A stretch of DNA of 63,307 nt, counting the filler, from Octopus bimaculoides (taxonomy: Eukaryota), in the NCBI RefSeq assembly GCF_001194135.2. It is 5 parts of 5 records of this genome, joined end to end, with 100 filler letters (N's around TTAATTAATTAA, not from the genome) between each part and the next. Parts side by side here need not be neighbours in the genome. Positions count along the whole stretch, not along the records: positions 16,863 to 28,648 come from NC_068985.1; positions 28,749 to 55,009 come from NC_068996.1; 3 more parts are not named here. One strand, 5' to 3'. The notes under the pieces are model-generated. The model ran no database searches, was not told the DNA's origin, and saw only the letters and a program-made list of their open reading frames with translations. Shown here piece by piece: positions 28,254 through 40,700 of this stretch (within the stretch, counting starts at the first letter, position 1; every line of letters begins with the position of its first letter). The position numbers and the translations under genes are program-made.

Positions 28254-28924
28254 TATACATAGTACATACATACTTACATATCGATAAAGGGTAGGTAAGA
28301 GAGGGAGAGAGAGGCAAGAGCCGTCTTTGTATCAGAGCTAATACTTTGGCGCAGCATCAGGATAGGAGTTTTAGCTTGATCGACATTTTTAAACAACTAA
28401 AGAATAGGCCAATCAATGGATTAGAATCACAGTAACGATATTCATTGGTCTATTGATTACTCTCCTGTTTTTAACAAGACAAACACATAAAAAAAAATGT
28501 TTATATGATTTGAAAGATATCTGACATGATTACAGTAAGTCCGAATATAAATCTAAAATGTATAATGAAAAGCAACACACACATATATGTGTATGTATGT
28601 GTATATGTATATATATTTAATTATATATATATATAATATATATATATANNNNNNNNNNNNNNNNNNNNNNNNNNNNNNNNNNNNNNNNNNNNTTAATTAA
28701 TTAANNNNNNNNNNNNNNNNNNNNNNNNNNNNNNNNNNNNNNNNNNNNTTTTTTTTTTTTTTTTTTTTTTTTTTCCTTCCTTCCCCCTCCCAAAAAGAAA
28801 AGCTCTACATTGTATTTGTCCCATCTTCGTTGAGCCCTGTGTGGCTAATAAAAGAAATGTATCTACCTAACTGTCTGCCTACCTCTCTATCTACCTATCG
28901 ATCTATCTCTGTTATCTATCTTTC

Positions 28925-28960
<36 letters not shown>

Positions 28961-29085
28961 TTATCTATCTGTTTATCTATCTATCTATTTGTCTACCTGT
29001 CTATCTATTTATCTGTTTGTCTGTCTGTCTGTCTATCTATGTATCACAGTTTCTCTTTCTGTCTCTGTGTTTATATATATATGTT

Positions 29086-29165
<80 letters not shown>

Positions 29166-29733
29166 TGTGTGTGTGTGAGCACGCGTGTAAATGTATTATT
29201 TATGCATGTATAATCCATCTGTGTATGCTCTCTATCTATCAATCTATCTATCTATTTATTTATCTTTGCTTGTGTTTATGTGTAACAAAATGCAATATTT
29301 TACTATCGTTAATTCAGATTATAATAGTACAATCAATTATTCAATCAATCTGATTACACTAACAATCGTATAAATTGGTGGGTCTTTAGTGCTATTTGTG
29401 AACAACAATCTCGCGATCTTTATGAAAACAATGTTTCCTCTCTCTCATTCTCTCTCTCTTTCTATCCGTATACATTAAATGGTGATGACAACATGATCAA
29501 TATATTCATTACATCTAACACATATTCAGAAACATCGATATAAAGAAAGAATATCTACATAAGCAATATATACTCAAACTCAAAACAAGACAATGAAACT
29601 CGCGAACGATCGCATTCATAATATATGTTTATGCATGGTGTATATCTATTGTATATCTATATATGTTTAAACATTCCAAAGTAACTTTATCCATATATAC
29701 AATAGTAACACACATATATATATACAGTTAGGT

Positions 29734-29769
<36 letters not shown>

Positions 29770-30764
29770 AATTTATATATTTACACACATACATAAATCA
29801 TTTCTTTTATTTGTTAGCCTGTGACAAACAAAGGAAGGGCAATGCTTTTCTTTATCTTTTCAACGTTAACATAACTCAGGTATCGACTATTGTATGGTGA
29901 TACTGCTGCCGGCATTCATGGTTCATGGTTCGCATTGTATCAGCTTAGAGGATGATTTTTAGGTGTTTATGATGATGTCTGTGTCAAACCGGATATCAGC
30001 TCTCATCCATGGGACCTACGTTCAAAGATATTTCCTATACTAACCACCTTATTTGCATCTTTTGTTGCTTAATGCTCTTGCTTGATAGGACTGGAGTTAT
30101 CCCAGGTTTGTAGTACCAGAGACGTCATCATCCGTAGAGCCGACCAGGTTCACTAGTGCCCTCTATTAATGGCGGTCCTTTGTTAGTCCCTCTGCATTCA
30201 CCAAGGTGACGTCGAGCCTCTGGAGATCTCTCCCCAATTACGCCCTGCCATGAGGCCTCCTCTATCCCGCAGCTGCTGCGTCAAATGAGAGTTAAAGCCC
30301 TGGTAAGATGATCTAGCAGGAGACAGAGAACATGTACGAACTAACGCATGCGATGGATAACTGTAAGGAAGTTGCGTAGTTCTTTGTTGGAAACCTGATG
30401 GTACCTTCTGATGTTCTCGATGGTTCTCAGGGCTCTGCTATCGAAGTCGTCGATCCTCTTTCAGTTTTTTTTTCAGGCTTCGTGCATTTACCTCTACATT
30501 GTTCAATATGTTGTTACTCTTATTTCAAATGCACGTTGTAATTTTAGTGATATTTAACTATTATTTTAAACGGTTCAACCGATCACGAAGTGATTCCTTG
30601 CTGTTTTAAACAAAATGGATAAAACTCAAAGCATACGCAAATACATATATGTATCATATATGTATCATATGTGTGTGTTTGTGAGTGTGCGTATGTTTGT
30701 ATGTTTGTGTGTACATATATGTGTGTGTGCACGAGTAGGTGTATGTGTCTGTATGTGTAGACGC

Positions 30765-30965
30765 CATGATTTTTCGCTGACCAAACACCATTCAATTTTT
30801 TTTCTCCGTGTTTTTCTCCTTGTTTTCTCCGTATTCTTTCTGTTGAAGAGCGTAGCTCGAAACGTTAAAGACTTTCTGTATTCCCGAGCGTCAAACTAAT
30901 ACATCCTTTTGTTGTTTACACCACCTGTCCTCGTCTGTTGTTGTTGTTTTTCGTACATTCTCCCA
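30765..30965 (+). repeat. PLE-like terminal repeat fragment; inverted homologue at 58585-58755
   Basis: TTCTGTTGAAGAGCGTAGCTCGAAACGT... is near-identical to the reverse complement of 58585-58755. Confidence 0.65.
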
Positions 30966-32408
30966 TATATATATCATAGTTATCCGTTGAATGCTGAGTA
31001 TTTCTGTGATGGATAGCGTCCCATGTGACTCACCAAAGCTAGCTACAGGCAAATACTAGAATAAATTCTAATGGAAATAAGCAAAGCGAAGATTAAAGAA
31101 CAAGGTACCTTTTGACAAGTCACCTGACGAGGTACATTTACACACAATGAAACGTGCAAGTTACAATCACTTTGATTAAATTCTTGAAGAAAGTTCTGAA
31201 AAATTTCCTCCTTCATCTTATCAGAATGGAAGAAATTTGAAGAGCGCTGTGTGTTACGGAACATGTGATGCGGATCGGCTGAGAAGATCCTGCGATTTAT
31301 AAAACAGTATTGAGACGGACGTCAAAAGGATGAAGGAGAAAACGAGAAATATGATGGGTCACATGGCACTAAACCTTTCAGAAGGACCTTATGGGGTCAA
31401 AAGACTTTAGAAGAATACTGGGCACGATATTCATCGAGGACAATGGAAGAGAACAGCCACCTATGCACAAACAGCGCAAGATCGATTCACCGAGTGTTTA
31501 CTGAAACTTCTCAGTGTTAAAGAAAAAACTGTGTCATATGGTCGATCGATTTGCTAGAAATAGCACCCAAATCAAATCTCCCCTAAATCACACTCTGCCA
31601 CTTTTAAGAAGAAAAAAAAATACATTGGGTAATATAGTTCTAGGAATACTATGGCCGAATAAACATGAGATTGTAACGGATTTCAGAATAGGTGTTCGTC
31701 GTCAAAGTTAACTCGGGAATAAACAACAGCAACAACAATGACAACAAACTCAGGAGCTACTCAGGTCGATCAACGATCATTATGCTACTTTATCTCAGGT
31801 TTTGTTGTTGTAGTTGTTTTAAGTTTAATTCTTCTTAACGACACTTTATTGAAAATCAATGCTGTTATAGGTTATCAGAATAGGTAAATAAGATTTTATT
31901 TATTCTAGTATTATTTGGTCTGTCAGCTCTGCTTTTTTTCCTGGCTCAATAGCCCACATCAAGCACTAGCTTACAACTTCATTAATGTTCCTTGTTTCAA
32001 AAGCAACACAATCAGGATAAACACTGTCGCATATTTATTCTAGACTGAACAGTCACTGCCATTTCACATTAAGGGAGATTTTGTTTTAATATCTTTTTTA
32101 CACGTTCGATTTTGTCTATTTTATTTGATGATCTCTTTTTGGTGTCGATTTTTCTTTTCTTTTTTTTTTTTTTTCATTATTTCTTTCTCTGTCTTTATTT
32201 ATTTATTTTCGGTCAGTAAATCTTTTGCACTGATAACATCGCTTTTGCATCAATAAAATGATTCACAATTAGATCTATGTTTTCAGTATAGTATTTTAAT
32301 TAGATCTCTCTTCTGACAATATCTTTATATACATGTGCGTATGTGGGTGTTTATATACCTGTATGTGTGCTTGTAAGATATATATATTCTGTATATATAT
32401 ATATATAT

Positions 32409-32466
<58 letters not shown>

Positions 32467-32749
32467 TATTTACATATAAATATTATCTATGTACGCGTAA
32501 ATGTGTGCGTCTGTTTGTCTACGTATACATGTATTTGTTTACACATATATATGTCTATATACTTGTCTATCACATTTTAGCTATTGAATTCGGCCATGGT
32601 AGAGAACCATCATTATATATATATGTATATATACACAAACACACACACATATATATATATATCAGTATACTGATACTCATATATATATGCATATATATAC
32701 TTGTATGTGTGCACACACACATATATATATATATGCACACACACACGCA

Positions 32750-32781
<32 letters not shown>

Positions 32782-33706
32782 CACACATACACGTTCGTTT
32801 CGGTTATTTGTCTGTGGCTATGCTGGAGCACCGCTTTGAAGGGTTTTGGTCCAAAAATCGTTCCCAGTACATATTTTTCTGTTAACCAAGTACTTATTCT
32901 ATCGCTTTATTTTGCCGAACCGCTATATTACGGGGATGGAAACACACCAACTCCATTGTCAATCAGTGATGGAAGGACAAACACAGCCACAGAAACCACA
33001 CACACACACACACACACACACACNNNNNNNNNNNNNNNNNNNNNNNNNNNNNNNNNNNNNNNNNNNNNNNNNNNNNNNNNNNNNNNNNNNNNNNNNNNNN
33101 NNNNNNNNNNNNNNNNNNNNNNNNNNNNNNNNNNNNNNNNNNNNNNNNNNNNNNNNNNNNNNNNNNNNNNNNNNNNNNNNNNNNNNNNNNNNNNNNNNNN
33201 NNNNNNNNNNNNNNNNNNNNNNNNNNNNNNNNNNNNNNNNNNNNNNNNNNNNNNNNNNNNNNNNNNNNNNNNNNNNNNNNNNNNNNNNNNNNNNNNNNNN
33301 NNNNNNNNNNNNNNNNNNNNNNNNNNNNNNNNNNNNNNNNNNNNNNNNNNNNNNNNNNNNNNNNNNNNNNNNNNNNNNNNNNNNNNNNNNNNNNNNNNNN
33401 NNNNNNNNNNNNNNNNNNNNNNNNNNNNNNNNNNNNNNNNNNNNNNNNNNNNNNNNNNNNNNNNNNNNNNNNNNNNNNCACATATATATATATATCAGTA
33501 TACTGATACTCATATATATATGCATATATATACTTGTATGTGTGCACACACACATATATATATATATATACACGACACGCTTCTTTCAGTTTCCGTCTAC
33601 CAAATCGACTCACAAGCCTTTAGTTGACCCGAGGCTATAGTAGAAGGCCAAGGTGCCACGCCGTGTCACTGTATCCGGAACTATGCAGCTTTGTAGCAAG
33701 CTTCTT

Positions 33707-35890
33707 TATTTCATAAAAATTGGCCATAAAGGCCTCACAGAAAAAGGGAAGCTGCGGGCTAGACATAGACATAATGTTATGTGAATGAAAAAATGATGAC
33801 TAATGAATAAATGGGGGGGGCACAAGCAGCGCCCGCCGACTGTCTGATACCCGAAAACATTGTTCTCGTATATATGAGACGACAAGCCTCTTACACTGTT
33901 CGTAATGTTCATTGATACAAAAAGGAGGCATTACGCCTCTTACTTTGTTTAAACTAAATGAGGTTTCAAACCTCTCCTCCATTCATAACATTCAGGTTTT
34001 TCAACTTTTTATCCATATTCCTCCCCAGCATCGCTTGTGACCACATCTTTCGCCATCGCCCACGCCTCATTTAAGCACAAAGCAGGTGACGTGTCGGCGT
34101 CGCCCGGTCACAAGCGATACTCCTCATTAAGCCCCTCCAACCTACGCAACACGGACATCGTTATGACCTCCACAGTTATCTGCGGAGGCCATACGGGATC
34201 ACTTGTATAGGTCAAAGTTGCTCCCTTCTGGTGCTTTTCCAGCACCTCCTCTACCTCTCCGCCTCTGTAGAAGAAGACCGATAATTCCTCTTCCTCCGGG
34301 GACGAGGTAGCCACTTCCGCACTCGTCGGCACAATTTCCACCGACGGTGGCTCCTCCCCCGCCAGTGGTACGACTCCCACCGACGAAGTTCCGGGACATT
34401 CCGGTACTATGTCAATGACTGCCGGCAATGTCCCGTTTCTCTTCCTCTTCCTTTTTTTTCTTCTCAACTGAGAGAAAGTGCGTCTCCTGCGTGGCCGGGA
34501 GATTCACCTCCCCTCCTTCATCCCTAGGATCCTTCGGTGAGCAACCATTGTTGCTCACTTTCTTCCTCTTGCGGCTCTTCTTTGAGGAATCCTCCTCCTC
34601 CTCGGCCGCTTTTGTTCCCTCTTCCACAGCGGTCTCAACCAACTGCACCAGGACTTTACTTTGTCCCGGGGAACAGTTTTTCTTTATATGGCCTGGCTCC
34701 AGGCACCGATGACACCTGGGGGTGGTGACCCTCAAGAATCACTGGATACCTCAAACCGGCCATTTTCAAGAAATCCGGAAATACCACATTTTTGGCTGAT
34801 TGGGTCTACAGGTTTAAAACCGCCTTTGACCCAACCCAATCAGCCGCAGACAAAATTTTAACATTTATGAGCTTAGCTCCGCTGCCACCCAGACCCCGGC
34901 AGATAGTGACTTTTATCTACTCGGGTTCTATTCCGGGTGGCAAACTGCCGACTCAAGCCCTTGTCAATTTTTTCCCACAATACGTGGGAAGAAACAATAT
35001 TTCGTCGCCCTCTAAGGGCTGACTCGCACAATTGCGAGCTTCTTCAGGGGTTTCAAATAGCACACACTTCGCCAACTCTCTTTCAATTACATTCTTTTCG
35101 AATAGGGCGATGGTGTCGAGTGACTTAGAGTAAGTCCTCAACACCACCGTCCTCTTTTCGAAGTCTTTCAACCACTGTTTTAGTGGGACAATTTCCCACA
35201 CCAAAACATTGTCCTTGTTCTTTTTTTTTTTAATAAAAGTCCACAAACAGTTCAGAAGGAAATCAAAAGAAGGTCTCAACAAAAAGGAAGGAAGAAAAAA
35301 TGAAAACAGTTCAATAAAGAAAGTCACAAGAAGAAGAAAAGAAAACAACAGTTCAAAAAAAAAACACAGCAAAAAATCTTCTGGACACTCGGTAATCCAG
35401 GCCTATTTGGTACTCCAACTTGGACCCGGAACGCCACAACTTGGAAGACAACTTTCACAAAGTTTGGTAAAAAGAAGTTGTGGTATCTTCTAAATTTTCA
35501 TAATTTTTGAAACAAAACTATTCACTAAAAGTGAACAAATTTTGGACGCGAAATACGCCTCAACAATTATCACAATTAAGTGAGAAAAAAACTATTCACT
35601 TAACGTGAACAAATTTTTCGAAGCGGGATACGACCCCAAACACAAATTCTCACAATTAAGTGAATAAAACTTTTCACTTAAAGTGAACAAATTCTGCCCA
35701 ACTTCAGGCAGACCAGTGTACAGAATCCAGTGGGGACTCCTTGCTTGTACAAAAATATTACAAACAACAAACCACCACTGGACCCAAACTACAAAAAGTC
35801 TTACCTTGCAGTTGAGCTTAACTTAATTCGCCACGCTACTTAGCGTGGCCTAACCGCCTTCAGCGTTTCGACTGACAATACGCATGCGCG
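33707..35890 (-). mobile_element. ORF1-only (half-L1/HAL1-like) Tx1/L1-type non-LTR element 1, inserted in a tRNA-SINE head
   Basis: Bounded by AGCAAGCTTCTT at 33695-33706 and within 35891-35907. The 5' end is CGCGCATGCG and the 3' end is GGCC-TTTAT-GGCC...AAATAAAG. It carries a gag-like ORF1 remnant with a CCHC knuckle; no EN/RT motifs are seen in 2.2 kb. Confidence 0.8.
33990..35210 (-). pseudogene. Disrupted ORF1/gag-like protein of element 1 (RRM-like region + CX2CX4HX4C knuckle + acidic/basic tail)
   Basis: Reads ...ILFLPTYCGKKLTRA*VGSLPPGIEPE*IKV...ILEG/PRCHRCLEPGHIKKNC, with in-frame stops and frameshifts. Aligns by eye with element 2 ORF1 (LLPTYLGRKTSKVRVEGISPDIEVAWI). Both ends are approximate. 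Confidence 0.8.
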
Positions 35891-35907
35891 TGGGAAGCAA
35901 GCTTCTT

Positions 35908-37390
35908 TATTTAAATATTTTTGCCATAAAGGCATTGCACGGAGGGGACACTACAACACATGTAGAGACATATAACAATTAAAAATATAAAAACAAAATA
36001 TGATATAATGAATGATACATGAAAATGCACGTGAACAACAAATTAAAAATATGATAATATGAATGATATCTGAAAATGATATTATGAAGAGTGTGCTACT
36101 CACCCCACACTGAGTAACACCACTCGCTGCCTCTGAGTCCTAAATCCTTTTTTATTTCAGTTCAAACTTTTTCCTCTTTCTCCATCACTTAATGACATCG
36201 TTCTCTCTTCCATGCATTCATAACCTTTTTCACCGGGAGGTAGGGGGGGTCTTCTAAATTTTGTGATATCTGTTCTTTCTTTTTCTTTTTTTCCTGTGGG
36301 GAAATGGGGTGGGTGGGTTTGGTATCTGTATGGAGAGGGTGGGTCTGAGTGGTCTTGGGTGGGATGGAGTAGGGCTGGGGTACCACATCATACTCAGTAT
36401 CTTTTCTTTTTCTCCTTCTGCTCTCTGTAACTTTCCATTCTTCCTCCTTTTTCTCCTTTCCTCCGTCTGTCTTTTCTTCCTCTCTTTTCTCTTCCGTCTC
36501 CACAACTGCATCCTCAGCCATTGTCCTTTGTTGAGGGCAGTATGCTCTAATGTGGCCCTTTTGACCACATTTAAACAACGTGGTGCTCTGCCCTCTACCC
36601 ATACTCCCAATACTATTTCTCCCAACGTCACTCTCTCCGCCAAATTTTCTAACTGTTTCGCCTCCGATTGTGTGATAATCTCCAATTTTTTCCCTTTAAA
36701 TCCTCCTTCCACCGTGTCTGTGGCTTGGAGGACAGCCACCGCCTCCTCACTTCCAACGAGGACGGCTGCCGCTATCCAAGCCACTTCTATATCGGGTGAA
36801 ATTCCTTCTACCCTCACCTTAGAAGTCTTTCTTCCTAGGTACGTGGGTAGAAGTAATAGTTCCTTCGTTTTAATAGTTGTGCTCGCCAGCTTCTTCGCCT
36901 CCTCCGCTGTCCTAAACTGGACAACCACCGTCCCATATCCATTTCCTTTGGCTATATACGTCACTTCCTTCGAAAGCCCCTTCAGGGCTTTTTCTACTTT
37001 TTCCATCTCGATCCGCTCCACCTTCCTTTTCTCCACTGCGTACACCTTGTAGGTGATGGTCTTTTTTTCCATAACCCTTTTCGGGGTAATAACTTTACAT
37101 CACCGCCCACCTTCTGTGTCATGTTACACAGCTTCTTCAATCCGGTTAGGTCCACTTCCTTTTTCTTCGTCTCTGCAGCTTCAGCAAAACTCTTTACTTT
37201 TTCCAAATGCTCATCCATTCTATTTACCGCCTTAACGACCTCCTCCTCCGCTGAGGACAGCTCATACTCGCTAAGGTCCGAATACACTCCTTTCTACCGG
37301 TAAAACTCACCGACAAACCGCTGCCAAGCAGCTCAAAAAATTCCGTAGGTCTCGTCAAAAATCAACACAGCGAATACACCGGCGCATGCG
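35908..37390 (-). mobile_element. ORF1-only Tx1/L1-type non-LTR element 2, in tandem with element 1
   Basis: Flanked by a 17-bp TSD TGGGAAGCAAG(C/G)TTCTT at 35891-35907 and 37391-37407 (16/17 identical). The 5' end is CGCATGCGCC and the 3' end is TGCC-TTTAT-GGCA...AAATAAAG. No ORF2. Confidence 0.82.
36189..37218 (-). pseudogene. Near-intact ORF1/gag-like protein of element 2 (two frameshifts)
   Basis: ORF-track pieces 36994-37287, 36254-37072 and 36189-36602 join into MDEHLEKV...VVVQFRTAEEAKKL...LGRKTSKVRVEGISP...WVEGRAPRC/FKCGQKGHIRAYC..., with a 1-nt deletion at the knuckle. Confidence 0.82.
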
Positions 37391-40169
37391 TGGGAAGCAA
37401 GGTTCTTACCACACAGTCGTGCCTGCGCCATCTATACTTACATATCATTAAACTAATACAACTGTTTTTGGTCCTCTCATCTAACTTCATCTTTTGTTTC
37501 TGTAAACTATATATAATTATATATGTATATATATATATATATATATNNNNNNNNNNNNNNNNNNNNNNNNNNNNNNNNNNNNNNNNNNNNNNNNNNNNNN
37601 NNNNNNNNNNNNNNNNNNNNNNNNNNNNNNNNNNNNNNNNNNNNNNNNNNNNNNNNNNNNNNNNNNNNNNNNNTTTAAATTTGGGTATACACCTTGTAGT
37701 ATGGTGTTTAAAGCCGTTAACTGTAATCAGGTTCCCGATGTCGTCAACACTATGGATCTAAATACCACTGGATTTACTTCAGGAATTTCTTTGTGTCCGT
37801 CGAGTATATAACATACTAGCAGCTGAGCCCGGTTTCACCTGGTCAGAAAACGACGCGAAGAGAGAAACGAAGACATAAAAAAGAGGAAGAAGTGGATACG
37901 AAGTTGTGTTTGGGCGACGGGTCTTGGTAGAAAAAAAAGAATGTCATGGAGAGTTAGTAAGGAGAGCAAAGCAAGACTGGACTTACGTGGGCTGGCAGGA
38001 CGATGAAAAATTTGCGGAGTTGAAATTGAACAGGCGGTAGTAATTAAATATCATGCCCTTGTATGTGTGTGTGTGGGAGGGGGCAAGGGGGAAACCTAGG
38101 GGACAGCCTCGCGGCTGTGATGCTCTACAAATATTTGAGGTGCATTATTCGGTGCAAATGTGTCTCCGCCAGTACTTGTCAAAAGTTACTTCGTCTTTAA
38201 TCTCCGTTTCGCTTATTTCGACTAGGATATATATTTGGGTAGTTGTCGTTTGCTACTCGTATACACGAAAACTGTATTCTAATTGAAATAAGATAAACAG
38301 AAATTTCAGAAAAAAACGAGATACTTTTTGAAATGTCACCTGACGAGAAACGTCCTCACCGAATAATGCACCTCAGCTGTCCCTACAGCATCTCAGCCAC
38401 GAGGCACCGATGCACGATGGGTCGAAATCATCGTAGTGAATAATAGTCTAGTGAATTCCATTTTCTTTTCCTTGTGATATTCAACTATTTCCCTGATATT
38501 TATGACTATATACACACACACCCTGTGTTATACACACCGTGTGTTTTCTCTTGTATCATTATGTGCTTTGTAGAATGATACATTAAGGAGCGTTTTTAAT
38601 GACTACCTCCGGATTATTGAATCCATATATTGTAGCTTATATATATATACACACATGTATATATATATATACATACATACATACATATGCGAGGTGTCCA
38701 TAGCCTATCTTTACATTTTTGGCAATTTCTTGCATCTATTTCGAGCATGGTATTTAAATACTCCTGCCTGTTCAAACATAAATTTCGAACAATGATAATC
38801 TATTTTCGGATAAAAAAATGTTATTTGTGTATTAAGGCTACTATCGGTTTCATGTTAAGGGATACATTCACAATTATCATGCCTATTACATGGAAATATT
38901 ATATATTATAGTTTGACTCAGCTCCAAGTGGCTTAAAGTTTCGGGGGCACATGTGTTGAACCTATCGCATCAGATATCATGAGAAAGATAAAAGATGTGA
39001 GACAAATTCAAGAATGCTTCTGGATGTTAGGCCTCTGTTGGTCAACTTAGCACTTAATGCTCTGGAAGTAACAAATGTTGTTTTCGTTATTCGTAGGCCC
39101 ACTTGCTCGGACAATATGTTGACATGAAGCTATTTCTACTTTTCCGAAAAGATGTGGTATCGCATATCCAATGTTTTTAGCTCAGTCGTCTTTCAATGGA
39201 GTATGAACCTCTACACCACATTCTGTAATCTATGAGGATTCTGTCATTCAAAGATTTGTTTATACAACCCCACTCTCCACATCTGATAGGATCGCAAGAC
39301 ACAACACAGGCATAACAGCCGATGATATTTAAGGGAAATTATAAACAGTACACCCCTTTGAGTGCTGGGGTAGAAAAAAATTCCACCTCCCTGTCCCACT
39401 TCATTTTGTGATTCAGCAAACACCGGAACAACTTCTCCAATATCAAATGGAGAATCAATGATAATCTTCACTCGTAATTGGTCTTCACTCGCATTGACAA
39501 CTCCGTCTCCGCGCGAGATTCCACATACTCTACCAACCTGCAGTATCCATCAACAGGAATATACTATCTTCAGAAGAATGTCCTGTTGATGAACTTCAAG
39601 CCATTGATATCCGATAATCCAAATATACTACCCTAGGTTGCCTCCACCCACAAACACACATACAAAGGCATGATATTTAATTACTCCCGCCTGTTCAAAC
39701 TACAGCCCCACCCATGTTGATTATCCAGCCTCAACTTTAACTTAACATCATTAGTCTAATTACTACCGCGTAACGGCTTCTGCCATTAATGTGTGGCACC
39801 GATTACAATGAACGGCTATCGGGCTGTCGCTGAATACGATATGCCATAGCTTGTCGCCAAAGTAGCAACAGTTCCATGCCAACATCATAGCCGCCAAAAT
39901 AGCAACAGTTCTATATCAACAACCTGGGCCTAAGAATAAAGAAAAGAACAGGTGTCACTTACACAGCATGAACACTTAACACTACTAGAAGCCTAAAATC
40001 CAAAAGCCATCTTGAGTTTGTCTCAAATTCGTTCTCTCCTCATATCTGATGGTACCAGTGCCTGTTCTAGCGGTCGAGTGTAAATTAATGACTAGACCAA
40101 ATACGGTCGATACCACGTGAACTGGTGGTCTCGGCACTGGATGTAGCGTAGATTTATCTACTCGCAAGC

Positions 40170-40700
40170 GATATAAAAAAAAGTGCATTTTGCACCAAAA
40201 GCTAATATGAGACTTTCTCACATGGTAACAACCGCAGTATAGTTTCTTCTAATAGAATATCCACGTTTAAGTAGGGATAAGTATTACGTCTCTTTAATAA
40301 TACTGTCTCTATCGCTAATATATATTTTTTTAGCAAGGAACTGGCTAAAAGTGACACCTGCGCCTGTTCTGGTACTGTCAATCTATATGTCACTGGTGGG
40401 GAGGTGAGTCGCTGCGATCTCTAGTAGTCGAGTGTCCATCACCGATGAGACCAAGGAAGGTCGAAATCAGGTGATCTAGTAGTCGTGGCGCTGGAGGTAG
40501 CGGGGATTTATCTCTTGGCTAACGAAATGAACAAGTGTGTATTTTGTACCAAAAAACCAATATGAGATTTTCTCTCATGGTATCTACCACAGTATAGTTT
40601 GTTTTAATAGAACATCCTTGTTTAAGTGGGGATAAATATTGTCTCTCCGCATTTATACTGCCTCTGTCGCTAATATATAGATATATAATATGTAAACTAG
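40170..40700 (+). repeat. Diverged direct repeat (~350-bp period) bracketing a hammerhead-like motif
   Basis: ~40180-40325 is similar to ~40535-40680; ATCAC-CGATGA-GACC-AAGGAA-GGTC-GAAA-TCAG-GTGAT lies at ~40438-40477. Confidence 0.55.

Larger units (their letters stand above)
32805..37429 (-). mobile_element. Host tRNA-derived SINE (family A) interrupted by the two ORF1-only elements
   Basis: The head (GGCGCAGG...TGTGTGGTAAGAAC CTTGCTTCCCA) is at 37391-37429, the continuation (B-box region, GGAAACTGAAAGAAGC) at ~33575-33706 and the tail at ~32805-33000. It matches uninterrupted copies at 24547 and 26098-26682. Confidence 0.8.

Noticed and set aside
33707-37390. Interpretation as an LTR retrotransposon gag or a host zinc-knuckle gene
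   Set aside because: No LTRs, PBS or pol; long TSDs inside a SINE and disrupted ORFs favour non-LTR insertions.
39244-39600. Possible coding or LINE fragment on the minus strand
   Set aside because: No recognisable motif and stops in all extended frames.
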